64,000 nucleotides of DNA, from contig JBLKOK010000002.1 in assembly GCA_047602735.1 (NCBI GenBank), positions 112,483-176,482 on the forward strand. The letters run 5' to 3'. This DNA is from Candidatus Woesearchaeota archaeon (GTDB lineage: Archaea; Nanobdellota; Nanobdellia; Woesearchaeales; 21-14-0-10-32-9). How positions within the stretch are numbered: position 1 is the stretch's first letter; the number at the start of each line of letters is the position of its first letter. Of this stretch, positions 1 to 9,111 are shown piece by piece. The notes below the pieces were generated by a model, which did not search any database, was not told the origin of the DNA, and worked only from the letters and a program-made list of their open reading frames with translations. A program made the translations under genes and the position numbers.

Positions 1-396
1 TTTTACCTCACCTATTATTTGACCTTGTGTTACTTTTGTTTTGTTTTTTATTTTAGGGTTAAATTCCCATTTTTCGTTTTTTAGAGCTGGGACTTCCACG
101 CCTTTTGGGACATATATTCCTTTTTGTTTTAGTATTACGTCAAGTGGTCTTTGTGTTCCATCATATACCGATCCTAAAAGTCCTGGTCCAAGTTCTACTG
201 ATAGCGGCTTTTTTGTACTTATTATTGGCTCACCTGTTTTTAGTCCTGTTGTATCTTCATATACTTGGATTATTTTATCTTCTGCTCTTATTTCTATTAT
301 TTCTCCAAGTAACTTTTGTTTTCCTACTTTTACTAAGTCATTTATTGATCCGTCTACTTCGCCTATGACGACTGGTCCTGATATTTTTTTTATCAT
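1..396 (-). CDS. atpA: A-type ATP synthase catalytic subunit A, N-terminal 132 codons (gene continues beyond window start)
   Basis: Own minus-strand translation from ATG at 396: MIKKISGPVVIGEVDG..GEIIEIRAEDKIIQVYEDTTGLKTGEPI..LSVELGPGLLGSVYDGTQRPLD, the conserved N-terminal barrel of A/V-ATPase subunit A. GGTGA lies upstream. It follows atpF as in archaeal atp operons. Absent from the ORF track because it has no stop in the window. Confidence 0.85.
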   Translation of the reverse strand, partial: MIKKISGPVVIGEVDGSINDLVKVGKQKLLGEIIEIRAEDKIIQVYEDTTGLKTGEPIISTKKPLSVELGPGLLGSVYDGTQRPLDVILKQKGIYVPKGVEVPALKNEKWEFNPKIKNKTKVTQGQIIGEVK

Positions 397-410
397 CTTT
401 AATTCACCTT

Positions 411-701
411 TTAGAATTTTATTCCTAATGTATCTTTTATTAGACTCTCTATTTCGTCTAAGTTTGTTTTTTCTTTGTCTTCCGGTATTTCTATGAACAT
501 CGTGTTTTGTATTTCTTTTTCTTGTCTTACTTTGTTTAGTAGTGATTCATTTATTATTATTATATCAACTTTTTTTTTCATTTCTATTATCGCGTTTTGT
601 ATTTCTTTTTCGTTTGAGTTTTTTGTTAGTTCTATCATTTGTGATATTCCGGTTAGTCCAAATCCTATTGTGTCATCTTGGTATCCTATTATTCCTATCA
701 T
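411..701 (-). CDS. atpF: A-type ATP synthase subunit F
   Basis: 96 aa, starts MIGIIGYQDDTIGFGLTGI, typical size and N-terminus for subunit F. Sits between atpC and atpA. Confidence 0.8.
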   Translation of the reverse strand: MIGIIGYQDDTIGFGLTGISQMIELTKNSNEKEIQNAIIEMKKKVDIIIINESLLNKVRQEKEIQNTMFIEIPEDKEKTNLDEIESLIKDTLGIKF

Positions 702-1708
702 ATTGCTAGTACCTGCTTTATTTTTTCTTCACTTATTTTTTCGTGTTTTAGTTTTAGAAGGGTGTTTAGGTTTCTTGTGTTTACTGTTTTTATTATTATA
801 AACCCTATTATTGTTGCTTCGCTTAAGGGGTTTTTGCTAAATAGTTTTTCTCCGGTTTTTTTAAGATATATTTGTAGATCTCTTTCGAATTGTTCTTTTG
901 TTTTTGCATTTGATTTTATTAATTTTTTTGAAGCTATCTTTTTGATTTCTTCTAAGTTGTTTGTTAGTTTATTTATAGGTATTCTTCCTCCAGGTATTAT
1001 TGGTTTTTGTCCTTTGAATACAAGTCCTATGTTGTGGTTGTCTATTAGTATTTTTACATATTTTTTTGCTTCTATGCTTTGTGCTGTAAATAGTAATCTT
1101 TTGAAGAATAAAAGGTCTAGTTGTTGTTCAAATTCTTCGTATTTTCCTTTTTTTATTTGAGATGAATATTTATCTAATAATGGTTGGTATACTGTTCCTT
1201 TTAGTTCGTTGTATAAGCTGTCAAAGTCATAGTCTTTTTTTGATAAGAATTCTTCGCTAAATACTTCTGTTGCGTGTATTAGGTCTGCTTTTTTGTTTAT
1301 GTTTGTGTTTAAGCTTCTAACAATTGCTTCTATTAATTGGATGTCGTATTTTGATAGTATTATTGTTACAAATTTTTTGCTTTGTTCAGGGCTTATTTTT
1401 TTTACTTTGGTTAGTGTGTTTATTAGCTCTGTTCTAAGAGCGCTGTCTACTGAGCCATAGCTAAAGTCTCCGCTTAAGTATTTTATTAGTGATGGAAATC
1501 TTTTCTTTTCTAGTTGATATATTATGTCGTTATATGGTCTTTTTACAAAGTTTTCAAATTCGTTTGATCTTATAAGATCTGCTCTCATTACTCTCAGTCT
1601 TGAATTTGTATATGCATAAGGATATATTTTGCTGACTGTTAAAAATACAGGTATTAGTACTATTATTACAAGTATTAATCCTCCTATTATACTTAATGTT
1701 AAAAGCAT
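698..1708 (-). CDS. atpC: A-type ATP synthase subunit C (V-type d homolog) with a hydrophobic N-terminal extension
   Basis: 336 aa. The YPYAYTNSRLRVMRADL motif matches the conserved YAYxNARVRAM start of AtpC. 4-nt overlap with atpF and 2-nt gap from atpE. Confidence 0.8.
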   Translation of the reverse strand: MLLTLSIIGGLILVIIVLIPVFLTVSKIYPYAYTNSRLRVMRADLIRSNEFENFVKRPYNDIIYQLEKKRFPSLIKYLSGDFSYGSVDSALRTELINTLTKVKKISPEQSKKFVTIILSKYDIQLIEAIVRSLNTNINKKADLIHATEVFSEEFLSKKDYDFDSLYNELKGTVYQPLLDKYSSQIKKGKYEEFEQQLDLLFFKRLLFTAQSIEAKKYVKILIDNHNIGLVFKGQKPIIPGGRIPINKLTNNLEEIKKIASKKLIKSNAKTKEQFERDLQIYLKKTGEKLFSKNPLSEATIIGFIIIKTVNTRNLNTLLKLKHEKISEEKIKQVLAI

Positions 1709-1710
1709 TT

Positions 1711-2247
1711 TTATGCTAACTCCTTATCTATTATGTTATACATTTTTTCTTTGTATTTTTGAAGTCTTAAGAAAACAGAATCTTCTATGAATTCTGTGTT
1801 TGATTCTGCTGTTACTTTAAGTTCTTCGTATTCTTTTTTTTGTTTTAAGTTACTTTTTTGCCAAACAATTATTTCATATGTTGAATCTGTTTGTTTTTTT
1901 ATTTCGTCATAGATGTTTTTGATTATTTTTTGTTTTTCTTTAATTGGTAAAGAATTTATTTTATCAAGAACACCTTTTGTTATTTCATCATATATTTCTT
2001 TTTTTAGATAAGAAATTTTTGTTTGAGTTTTTGAGTTTTCTTCTTCTTTTTTTTGGTTGACAAAAAGTAGTGCTTGTTTTATTTTTTGTTCGTGGTTTAT
2101 TTTTGCTTGTGCTAGAGCTTTTTGTTTTTCTTCTTTTAGTATTTGAGCTCTTATTTTTTGAGCTTCATCATCTATTTTTTTTATTTTTTCGTTGTACTCT
2201 TTAGCTAAGAGTTGCTCTAGTATTTTGGTGCTGTCTTTTATCTTCAT
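1711..2247 (-). CDS. atpE: A-type ATP synthase subunit E (peripheral stalk)
   Basis: Lys/Glu-rich coiled-coil N-terminus, about 178 aa, operon position after atpK. I prefer the ATG at 2247 (MKIKDSTKILEQLL), 4 nt after the atpK stop. The track start at 2268 is a TTG. Confidence 0.7.
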   Translation of the reverse strand: MKIKDSTKILEQLLAKEYNEKIKKIDDEAQKIRAQILKEEKQKALAQAKINHEQKIKQALLFVNQKKEEENSKTQTKISYLKKEIYDEITKGVLDKINSLPIKEKQKIIKNIYDEIKKQTDSTYEIIVWQKSNLKQKKEYEELKVTAESNTEFIEDSVFLRLQKYKEKMYNIIDKELA

Positions 2248-2251
2248 AGTT

Positions 2252-2479
2252 TTATGCTCCGAAGACAAATAACAGTATTATTGCTATAACAAAACCATAT
2301 ACTGCTTGAGTTTCTGGTAGTGCTGCAAATACAAGCATTTTACCTAGTAGTTTTTCGTTTTCTGCAGTTGCTCCTGCCGCTGCGCTACTTGCTATACCTT
2401 GTCCTATTCCTGATCCAAGTCCTGCAAATCCTATTGCTATTCCTGCACCAATTGCTATTAATCCAGTTGTTATATCCAT
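2252..2479 (-). CDS. atpK: A-type ATP synthase proteolipid subunit K (c subunit)
   Basis: 75 aa two-helix hairpin, Gly-rich helix 1 (GAGIAIGFAGLGSGIGQG) and the ion-binding Glu in ALPETQAVYGF. Confidence 0.9.
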   Translation of the reverse strand: MDITTGLIAIGAGIAIGFAGLGSGIGQGIASSAAAGATAENEKLLGKMLVFAALPETQAVYGFVIAIILLFVFGA

Positions 2480-2495
2480 TTTATTTTTTTTCCTC

Positions 2496-4271
2496 CTATT
2501 GTTCTAATTTTTGTTTTATTTTGAATGGGCTAAACTCTACTCCTCCTGATTCAAAGAATTGGGAGAAGAATTCTACGTAGTGAAGTCTTGCCGCATTTAT
2601 TGTTACTCCTATCATACTTATTACAAAGTTGAATGTGTGTCCTAATATGATTATTATTGTCCAAAGTATTATTCCTAGAACTCCTAGTTCTAGTGCTTTT
2701 GATGCTATTATGTTTATTGCTAATGCTACTCCTGCTGTTGCAAGGTTTAAGGCTAATATTCTTGCGTAGCTAAACCATGTTCCAAAGAAGTTTGTTATGT
2801 CCATTATACCAAATATTCCTTTTGTATAAAACAAAATTACTACTAATATCAAAGCTATTATTGACGATAATATGAATAATCTAAAGTATAGTAATAAAAT
2901 TAGTATTTGTATTAGTATAAATGGAGCTATAGCTAAGTAATCTATTAATTTTTTCTTCATATTTATGTTTTGAATTATTTTTAATATTATCCCTATGTTT
3001 ATGTGCACAAGCCCAATTATTAGAGATATTATTAGTAGTTCAAAGCTTATTTGAAAGCTGTTTGCAATTAGCGGCGTTATTGTTATTAGTTCTCCAAAGA
3101 AGCTTCCAAATAATAATCCAAATAGTATTGTTGATATTGCCGATAGTGTAAATATTGTTGTTATTGTTTTTGCTTTTTCTTTAAATTTAATGTGAATTAG
3201 AAATGTTGATAATAATAGTATTAGTCCATATCCTACGTCGCTTAGCATTAGTCCAAAGAATAATGGGTAAAAGAAAGTTATTAGTAGTGTTGGGTCTGCC
3301 GCTCCATATTTTGGTATGCTGAATAGTTTTGTTATTTCTTCGAATTGTTTTGAAATGTTTTTGTTTGATAGTTTTGTTGGTCCCTCACTATCTGCTAACT
3401 CCAAGTATAAGTTTATGTTTTCTATTTGTCTTATTTTGTCTATGTTTTTTTGTTCTGTGTATCCTTTTATTAAGAAGTGATTTTTTGATGTTTGGAATTT
3501 GTTTGAAATTATTTTTTGTGCATAATAATTTTCTAAACACAATGTGTAGAATAATAATTTGTTTTTTTGATTTGATAGGTTTGTTTGTATGTTTAATTTT
3601 ATTTTTTTTAGTTCTTCGTTTTTGTTTTTTAGTTTTGCTATTAGTTCTTTTTTTAGGGTTGTTGAGTTTTCAAATTCTGGTAATGATATTTTTTTTATTG
3701 GTATTTTTCTCAAGTTTTTTTCTAGTTCTTTTTTGTTTTCTCTAAGATATGTTATTTTGTAGTATGTTTCTTTTTTCTTTATGGTTTTTAGAATTGAGTT
3801 TTTTGGAAGTTCTAATTTTAAGGGTTTTTGTGATTTGTATATAGTCGTTGTGAATTTTTTTGATTGGGTGTTTTTTATCTTAAATGGTATTTTGTTTAAC
3901 GTGTTTAGTTGGGATATTATCTCTTTTATTTCTTGGTTTATTATTTGTTTTTGGTCTGATAATTTTTTTATTTCGTCATAGTGTTTAGTTAATAATTTTT
4001 TGGTGTCATTTGTTATGTGTTCTAGTTTTGGGAGTTTTTTTATTTCAAATTTTTTTTCTATTCCTAATTCGTTTAACAAGAAATTTAATTTAAGTAATAG
4101 TAGGCTTATTTCATCTGTTCCTATTAGACTTTTGTCTTTTTGTAAGTCTTTTATATCAAGGTCTGAATCTGCTATGTGTAGCACTCCTAGTTCTTGAAGT
4201 TTTTCTATTATTTTTTGTTTGTCTTTGTTGTTTCCAAAAAGATTTAATTTGTATAGTTTTTTTGTTAGCAT
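2496..4271 (-). CDS. atpI: A-type ATP synthase subunit I (a-subunit homolog)
   Basis: 591 aa. Soluble coiled-coil N-terminal half followed by a polytopic membrane C-terminal half (..YARILALNLATAG..RLHYVEFFSQFF..), characteristic of subunit I. Confidence 0.85.
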   Translation of the reverse strand: MLTKKLYKLNLFGNNKDKQKIIEKLQELGVLHIADSDLDIKDLQKDKSLIGTDEISLLLLKLNFLLNELGIEKKFEIKKLPKLEHITNDTKKLLTKHYDEIKKLSDQKQIINQEIKEIISQLNTLNKIPFKIKNTQSKKFTTTIYKSQKPLKLELPKNSILKTIKKKETYYKITYLRENKKELEKNLRKIPIKKISLPEFENSTTLKKELIAKLKNKNEELKKIKLNIQTNLSNQKNKLLFYTLCLENYYAQKIISNKFQTSKNHFLIKGYTEQKNIDKIRQIENINLYLELADSEGPTKLSNKNISKQFEEITKLFSIPKYGAADPTLLITFFYPLFFGLMLSDVGYGLILLLSTFLIHIKFKEKAKTITTIFTLSAISTILFGLLFGSFFGELITITPLIANSFQISFELLIISLIIGLVHINIGIILKIIQNINMKKKLIDYLAIAPFILIQILILLLYFRLFILSSIIALILVVILFYTKGIFGIMDITNFFGTWFSYARILALNLATAGVALAINIIASKALELGVLGIILWTIIIILGHTFNFVISMIGVTINAARLHYVEFFSQFFESGGVEFSPFKIKQKLEQ

Positions 4272-4592
4272 TTATTTCACTGTTAATTCTTTGTAGAAGT
4301 CTTCAAAAACTATTTTTGTTATTTTTGGTATTTTATTTTTTTTAACTTTTAAAGAATCTAATTTTTTGTTTTGAGCCAAAATTATTTTTAGTATTTGTTT
4401 ATCAGCTTCATTGTTTATTTTTAGTATTTCATCTTTAGTTTTTTGAAGTTCTTTTTGTATTATTTGATCATATAATTGTTTTGCTTCTAATCTTGATTCT
4501 TTTATTATGTTTTGATATCTTTGATTTGCTTCTTCTAGTTTTTTTTCAAAGATATCTTCTTTTTTCATTAGTGTTTTTAATTCTGTTTTCAT
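4272..4592 (-). CDS. atpH: A-type ATP synthase subunit H (peripheral stalk)
   Basis: About 106 aa charged coiled-coil protein, first gene of the operon as in archaeal atpHIKECFABD. ATG at 4592 preferred over the TTG at 4604. Confidence 0.6.
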   Translation of the reverse strand: MKTELKTLMKKEDIFEKKLEEANQRYQNIIKESRLEAKQLYDQIIQKELQKTKDEILKINNEADKQILKIILAQNKKLDSLKVKKNKIPKITKIVFEDFYKELTVK

Positions 4593-4640
4593 CACAGCCA
4601 ACAAGGACTTTTTAAGTGTTTAAAAGCCTTTTGGTAAAAA

Positions 4641-4939
4641 GAGGGTGTAGAGCGGGTATAAGCTGCCTTCTGTCAACCCCCATTAATGGATGGGTTGTGA
4701 TGATATTTTACTAAGCCTCGGTTAAGAGTTGCACCAGTTAGGGCTCACAGTTTCATCAATTTCTATAAACATAGTCAAACACTACTTTCCTTGTCACCAA
4801 GTATCCTTGTTATCATTCCGAGTATAGACTGTGTCTTTTCTGTTTGGTTGCCGCTTGTTTCCAAGCCTCTAACAAGTTAGAGTAACGCTTACGGTGGGCA
4901 GACTTTCCTCCGTTTGACGGGTCATCATCTTCCCTCCCT
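4641..4939 (-). ncRNA. rnpB: RNase P RNA (archaeal type)
   Basis: GC-enriched, ORF-free island. The minus strand reads GGGAGGGAAGATGATGACCCGTCAAACGGAGGAAAGTCTGCCC (CR-I GAGGAAAGUC after a short P3 hairpin CCG-TCAAA-CGG). Near the 3' end it reads GGGGGTTGACAGAAGGCAGCTTATACCCGCTCTACACCCTC (ACAGAA..GCUUA, CR-IV/V-like). The 5' GAGGG can pair with the 3' CCCTC (P1), and TGATGA with TCATCA (P2). Ends are approximate, within about 10 nt. Confidence 0.85.
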
Positions 4940-5042
4940 ACAATTAGTAGTAATTGCTATGAATTTATATTATTTATCGTAAAAACCATTTATTAGTGAA
5001 CAATAAGCTTTAAAAAGCATTAAACTAGCCAATATATTGATA

Positions 5043-6026
5043 ATGGGTCAAGAAATTTTAAGAGCATCTAATATAACTAAAACTTATGGTGATAAAGTTA
5101 TACTTAATAATATTAGTTTTGATGTAATAGAAGGTGAGATTTTAGGAGTTATTGGAAGTAGTGGTAGCGGTAAGACCACTTTGCTTCATAGCATAATTGG
5201 CTTTTTGAGACCTGATGGTGGAGATGTTAAGTTTAGACAAAGACACTTAGTTGCTGGAAGTGAAGATGCCGAAGAAGTTTATGGAAGTATATATAAGAAA
5301 AAAAATGATTTTAAACACATATTCGGATTTGCAGCTCAAGTTCCTAGCTTTTATGAGAAATTAACAGTTGTAGAAAATTTGAAGTACTTTGGAGATTTAT
5401 ACGGTCTTAGTAAGGAGTCCTTAAATGCTAATATTAATACCTTGCTTAGCATGGTTAATCTTGAAAATAGTGCAAATCAGCTGGGTAAGAATCTTAGTGG
5501 GGGAATGGAGAGAAGGTTAGATATTGCTTGTTCTCTTATACATAATCCAAGTATTTTACTTTTAGATGAACCAACTGCTGATCTTGACCCGATTCTTAGA
5601 AATAATATTTGGAATCTTATTCAAAAAATAAATAATAAGGGTACTACTGTTATTTTAAGCAGTCATCATTTAAATGAGCTTGAAACTTTATGTAATCGTA
5701 TCGCTATTATTATGAACGGTAAATTATTAGATCTTGGAACTCCTGATGAATTAAAAGAGAAATATTTGAAAAATCACGATATCATCATTCAAACGTATCC
5801 TGCCAATTACGAAGAGCTTACTAAGAAGATAAAGGCTAAGCTTGATAAAAAGCTTAGTAATATAAGAATTGAAGGTAATGAACTTGTTGTTAGTGTTGAA
5901 AAACCTCAAGAAGTATTAAATGATATGATTAAAATTATTGAAAGAGAAAAAGAAAAGATATTGGAGCTTAAGCTAATTAAACCTAATCTTGATCAGATGT
6001 TTATTAGTATAAATCAGAAAAAATGA
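5043..6026 (+). CDS. ABC transporter ATP-binding protein (ABC-2 / DrrA-like)
   Basis: Walker A GSSGSGKTT, signature LSGGMERRL, Walker B LLLDEPTADLD and an H-loop SSHH. ATG at 5043 (the track TTG is at 5037). 4-nt overlap with the permease gene. Confidence 0.9.
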   Translation: MGQEILRASNITKTYGDKVILNNISFDVIEGEILGVIGSSGSGKTTLLHSIIGFLRPDGGDVKFRQRHLVAGSEDAEEVYGSIYKKKNDFKHIFGFAAQVPSFYEKLTVVENLKYFGDLYGLSKESLNANINTLLSMVNLENSANQLGKNLSGGMERRLDIACSLIHNPSILLLDEPTADLDPILRNNIWNLIQKINNKGTTVILSSHHLNELETLCNRIAIIMNGKLLDLGTPDELKEKYLKNHDIIIQTYPANYEELTKKIKAKLDKKLSNIRIEGNELVVSVEKPQEVLNDMIKIIEREKEKILELKLIKPNLDQMFISINQKK

Positions 6027-7981
6027 AGACTGTTAATAGTATTATTAAGAATTTGAAACTTTTAATGAGAAGTAAAAGTTCTGCTTTTGTTGTTTTGTTT
6101 GCTCCATTAATTATTGTTCTTATTATTAGTATTAGTTTTGCTGATTTTGAAGATTCAAGTTTAAATATAGGTGTTCATATTAGTGAAGATACTGAGCTTA
6201 CTCAAAGATTTGTTAATAATTTAAATACTTCTGAGAATAATCTCATTAGTTATGATACTTCAAATGATTGTGTTAGAGCTATTCAAGAAGGAGTAGTTTT
6301 GGCATGTGTTAGTTTCCCAGAAAGTTTTGAGCTTGGTCAAGAAAAACAAGAACTTACTTTTTATATTGATGAATCTAGACTTAATTTAGTTTATAGATTG
6401 ATTAGTAGTTTGTCTACTAGTGTTGGTAGCGAACAAACAGAGATTAGCCAAGAGATTACGGCTAGTTTACTTGAGCTTATTGATAGGTCTGCTAGTGGTT
6501 TTTCTAGTACCATCACAGATATTGTTTCTTTGAAGGCTAGAGTGGCTTCGATTAGTAGTAATGTTAATAGAGCTTCTAGTGATGTTTCTGGTCTTGAAAT
6601 AGATGCAGTTAGTTTTAATACTGCTAATTTGAGAAGTGATCTTTTAAGTTTAGAAAATGATTTTAATAATTTAAGAGTTAGAGCTCAAGATATTATTAGT
6701 AGTGGAACCAATTTTTATAATGTTACTAGTGGTTATGAACCACAAAGAAATGCATTTAAAACAGATCTTGATTCTTTAAGTGCTATTGTTTCAAATACTG
6801 ATAATGATAACTTTGAAGATTTTGTTGAAGCATTTGATAATTTTGTTAATAGTTTTAATGATTTAAGAAGTCAGGTTCAACAAGCTGAAACTGTTAAAAG
6901 AGATGTACAATCTAGTTTGAATAGTGTTACTACAAGTATTAATAGCTTAAATACAGATCTTGATAGTATTAAAATCAAACAAGAGTCTTTACTTGATGAT
7001 ATTAATAGGTTGGAATTTAGAAGTGCTGAAACCATTGCTCAACCATTTACTACTAATATAGAAACTGTTACTGCAAGTCTTAGTCGTTTAACTTACAGTT
7101 TTCCTTATCTTTTAATGCTAGTTATTATGTTTATTGGTATTATGCTAAGTAGCACCCTTGTTTTTATGGAGAAAGACAGTAAAGCGTTTTTTAGAAATTT
7201 TACGACTCCTATTAACAAAATATTCTTTACGACTATGACTTACTTTACTAGTCTTATAATTATTTTTTCTCAAGTAATTGTTATTTTATGTGTTGCTTAT
7301 TTCTTATTAGATATACCTTTATTTTCTAACTGGGAGGCTTCATTAGTTATTATATTGCTTGCAAGCACAATGTTTGTTTTACTTGGAATGGTTATTGGTA
7401 ACTTGTTTAATACTAGCGAGGCTATAACTATGAGTAATATTGCTCTTGGAGCCGTATTTATGTTTTTAAGTAATCTAATTTTGCCTTTAGAAACTCTAAG
7501 TAGTACTATTCAACAAATTGCAAGTTATAATCCGTTTGTTGTTGCAGGAGAAGCTATGAGGGGAGCTTTATTATTTGAGTTTGATTTAGTGACACTTCTT
7601 CCTGAAATACTTATGATGGTCGTGTTTAGCTTATTTTTATTTGTATTCATATTAATTTTCCAAAATGTTTCTAGTTCATCTTATTTGTTTAAGCTTAGAA
7701 ATAGAAATAAAAAAATAATTTTACCAGAAGATAATTATTTAACATTAGAAGATAAGAATATTGTTATTAAGAATTTGAATGATCTGCTTAAAACAATTGA
7801 GTCTTTAACTGAAGAAGAATATTTAAGATATACTAAGCCTAAAAATATTTTTAGTGAATGGGTTGAAACTATTTTAAAGCAAAGATACGTTGCTTATAGA
7901 ATAAAGAAAAAGTCTCAAGCCAAAGTTATTAAAATATTAAAGAAAGAGTTAAAAAAGAAAAAACACAGAATAAATAATTAA
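6023..7981 (+). CDS. ABC-2 family permease with a large extracytoplasmic coiled-coil loop (YhgE/Pip-like) and a basic C-terminal soluble tail
   Basis: 652 aa. One N-terminal TM, then about 330 aa of Ser/Asn-rich helical region, then about 5 C-terminal TMs, then about 110 aa of cytosolic tail. Translationally coupled to the ATPase. Confidence 0.7.
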   Translation: MKTVNSIIKNLKLLMRSKSSAFVVLFAPLIIVLIISISFADFEDSSLNIGVHISEDTELTQRFVNNLNTSENNLISYDTSNDCVRAIQEGVVLACVSFPESFELGQEKQELTFYIDESRLNLVYRLISSLSTSVGSEQTEISQEITASLLELIDRSASGFSSTITDIVSLKARVASISSNVNRASSDVSGLEIDAVSFNTANLRSDLLSLENDFNNLRVRAQDIISSGTNFYNVTSGYEPQRNAFKTDLDSLSAIVSNTDNDNFEDFVEAFDNFVNSFNDLRSQVQQAETVKRDVQSSLNSVTTSINSLNTDLDSIKIKQESLLDDINRLEFRSAETIAQPFTTNIETVTASLSRLTYSFPYLLMLVIMFIGIMLSSTLVFMEKDSKAFFRNFTTPINKIFFTTMTYFTSLIIIFSQVIVILCVAYFLLDIPLFSNWEASLVIILLASTMFVLLGMVIGNLFNTSEAITMSNIALGAVFMFLSNLILPLETLSSTIQQIASYNPFVVAGEAMRGALLFEFDLVTLLPEILMMVVFSLFLFVFILIFQNVSSSSYLFKLRNRNKKIILPEDNYLTLEDKNIVIKNLNDLLKTIESLTEEEYLRYTKPKNIFSEWVETILKQRYVAYRIKKKSQAKVIKILKKELKKKKHRINN

Positions 7982-8001
7982 ACAAAAAACAAAACGTTTT
8001 T

Positions 8002-9045
8002 TTATAAGTCGTCTAAGTCTTCAAGGTTTAATACTTCTTCTTCTAAATCATCTAAGTCATCATTTAATTCTTGTTCTTGCTTTTTTGGTATGTCTTTAAA
8101 TGATTCTGATTCTTCAGATTTAGTTTGTATGATTTCTTGTTCAGGATCAACATCAAGTATTGATTTATTTACAACAAATTCTAGCCTTCCTAAAACTTTG
8201 TTTTTTGAGACTCTCCCTATTAGTTTAACCATCTTACCTAATAAGTCTGATTTTATTTCTTCAAATCCTTCCTGGTTATCTTTATAGGCTAATAATTTGT
8301 CTTCTGATATGTTTAGTAGTTCTTGTATTTGGTCTTTCCAAAACACAGTTCTTATGTTATCTGAGCCATCATCTACAAATAGGTTTAGTACTGCTCCTCC
8401 TTTTTCACCTTCGTTTCTTGGTTCAAAGAACTTAGGGTCGAATACTTGTACTATTGTTACAAATATTTCTGCGTTTGAATCTTGTTCTGTTAATTCAGAT
8501 ATTTTCTTTTTTACTAGTTCTTGTGGAGCTGAGCTTTGTCTTGTTTGGATTTCTACCCCGCTAGGATTTACTTCTAATTTACTTCCATCACTTGCGTGAG
8601 CTTCACTTCTTCCATTATTATCACGTACGTTTAGGCCCGTAATTTTTACTACGTCTTGTTCTTGTATTTTTTCAAGCCAGTCAGTTTTATCATTCCAAAG
8701 AGTTATCATTGTTATTCCTGAGTCATCTCCGACTAAGAATTTTGCTACTTTTCCTTCTCCTGTTTCTCTTTGAAATACTCTTACATCATATTTTCTGATA
8801 ACTCTTCCCGCTATTTGAGCATCCTTCATACCAGGTATAAGTGAGCCTATTTTTATTAGTCCTTCACCTGTTTTCATTAGGTTAACTCCTAACTCGTTTG
8901 CAATTATATGTGCTGCTCCTTCTTCACTTATTAGCCCTGATAATTCTTCTAATTTTTTCTTTATTTTGTCATTTATTTCTTGTTCAGAAACATTTTTTTC
9001 AGAAACTATTTTTTCTTTTATTTGATCTATTGTTAAGTTAATCAT
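8002..9045 (-). CDS. RPA / replication factor A-like single-stranded DNA-binding protein (two OB folds, acidic tail)
   Basis: 347 aa. The N-terminal helical domain (LSGLISEEGAAHIIANELGV) is followed by OB-fold-like segments (AQIAGRVIRKYDVRVF..GKVAKFLVGDDSGITMITLWND). The C-terminus is acidic (DDLDDLEEEVLNLEDLDDL). Confidence 0.7.
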   Translation of the reverse strand: MINLTIDQIKEKIVSEKNVSEQEINDKIKKKLEELSGLISEEGAAHIIANELGVNLMKTGEGLIKIGSLIPGMKDAQIAGRVIRKYDVRVFQRETGEGKVAKFLVGDDSGITMITLWNDKTDWLEKIQEQDVVKITGLNVRDNNGRSEAHASDGSKLEVNPSGVEIQTRQSSAPQELVKKKISELTEQDSNAEIFVTIVQVFDPKFFEPRNEGEKGGAVLNLFVDDGSDNIRTVFWKDQIQELLNISEDKLLAYKDNQEGFEEIKSDLLGKMVKLIGRVSKNKVLGRLEFVVNKSILDVDPEQEIIQTKSEESESFKDIPKKQEQELNDDLDDLEEEVLNLEDLDDL

Positions 9046-9111
9046 TTATTTTCCCCAATAAATGTTGGTTTGTAATTGTTTAAATAATTTTCTTATAGAT
9101 TTTTAAAAGAT

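Noticed and set aside
41-4197. Numerous plus-strand ORFs in the track (41-496, 105-368, 475-801, 678-1160, 2320-2580, 3329-3745, 3781-3981, 4000-4197)
   Set aside because: All are antisense to the well-supported atp operon. Their products are low-complexity F/L/S/I-rich strings, typical of shadow ORFs in AT-rich DNA.
4605-5036. The GC-rich island as an SRP (7S) RNA or a tRNA cluster
   Set aside because: The CR-I GAGGAAAGUC and ACAGAA..GCUUA motifs, and the length of about 300 nt with P1-P3 pairings, fit RNase P RNA. I saw no SRP helix-8 GNAR/AGCA-type signature and no tRNA T-loop GTTCGAATC-like box.
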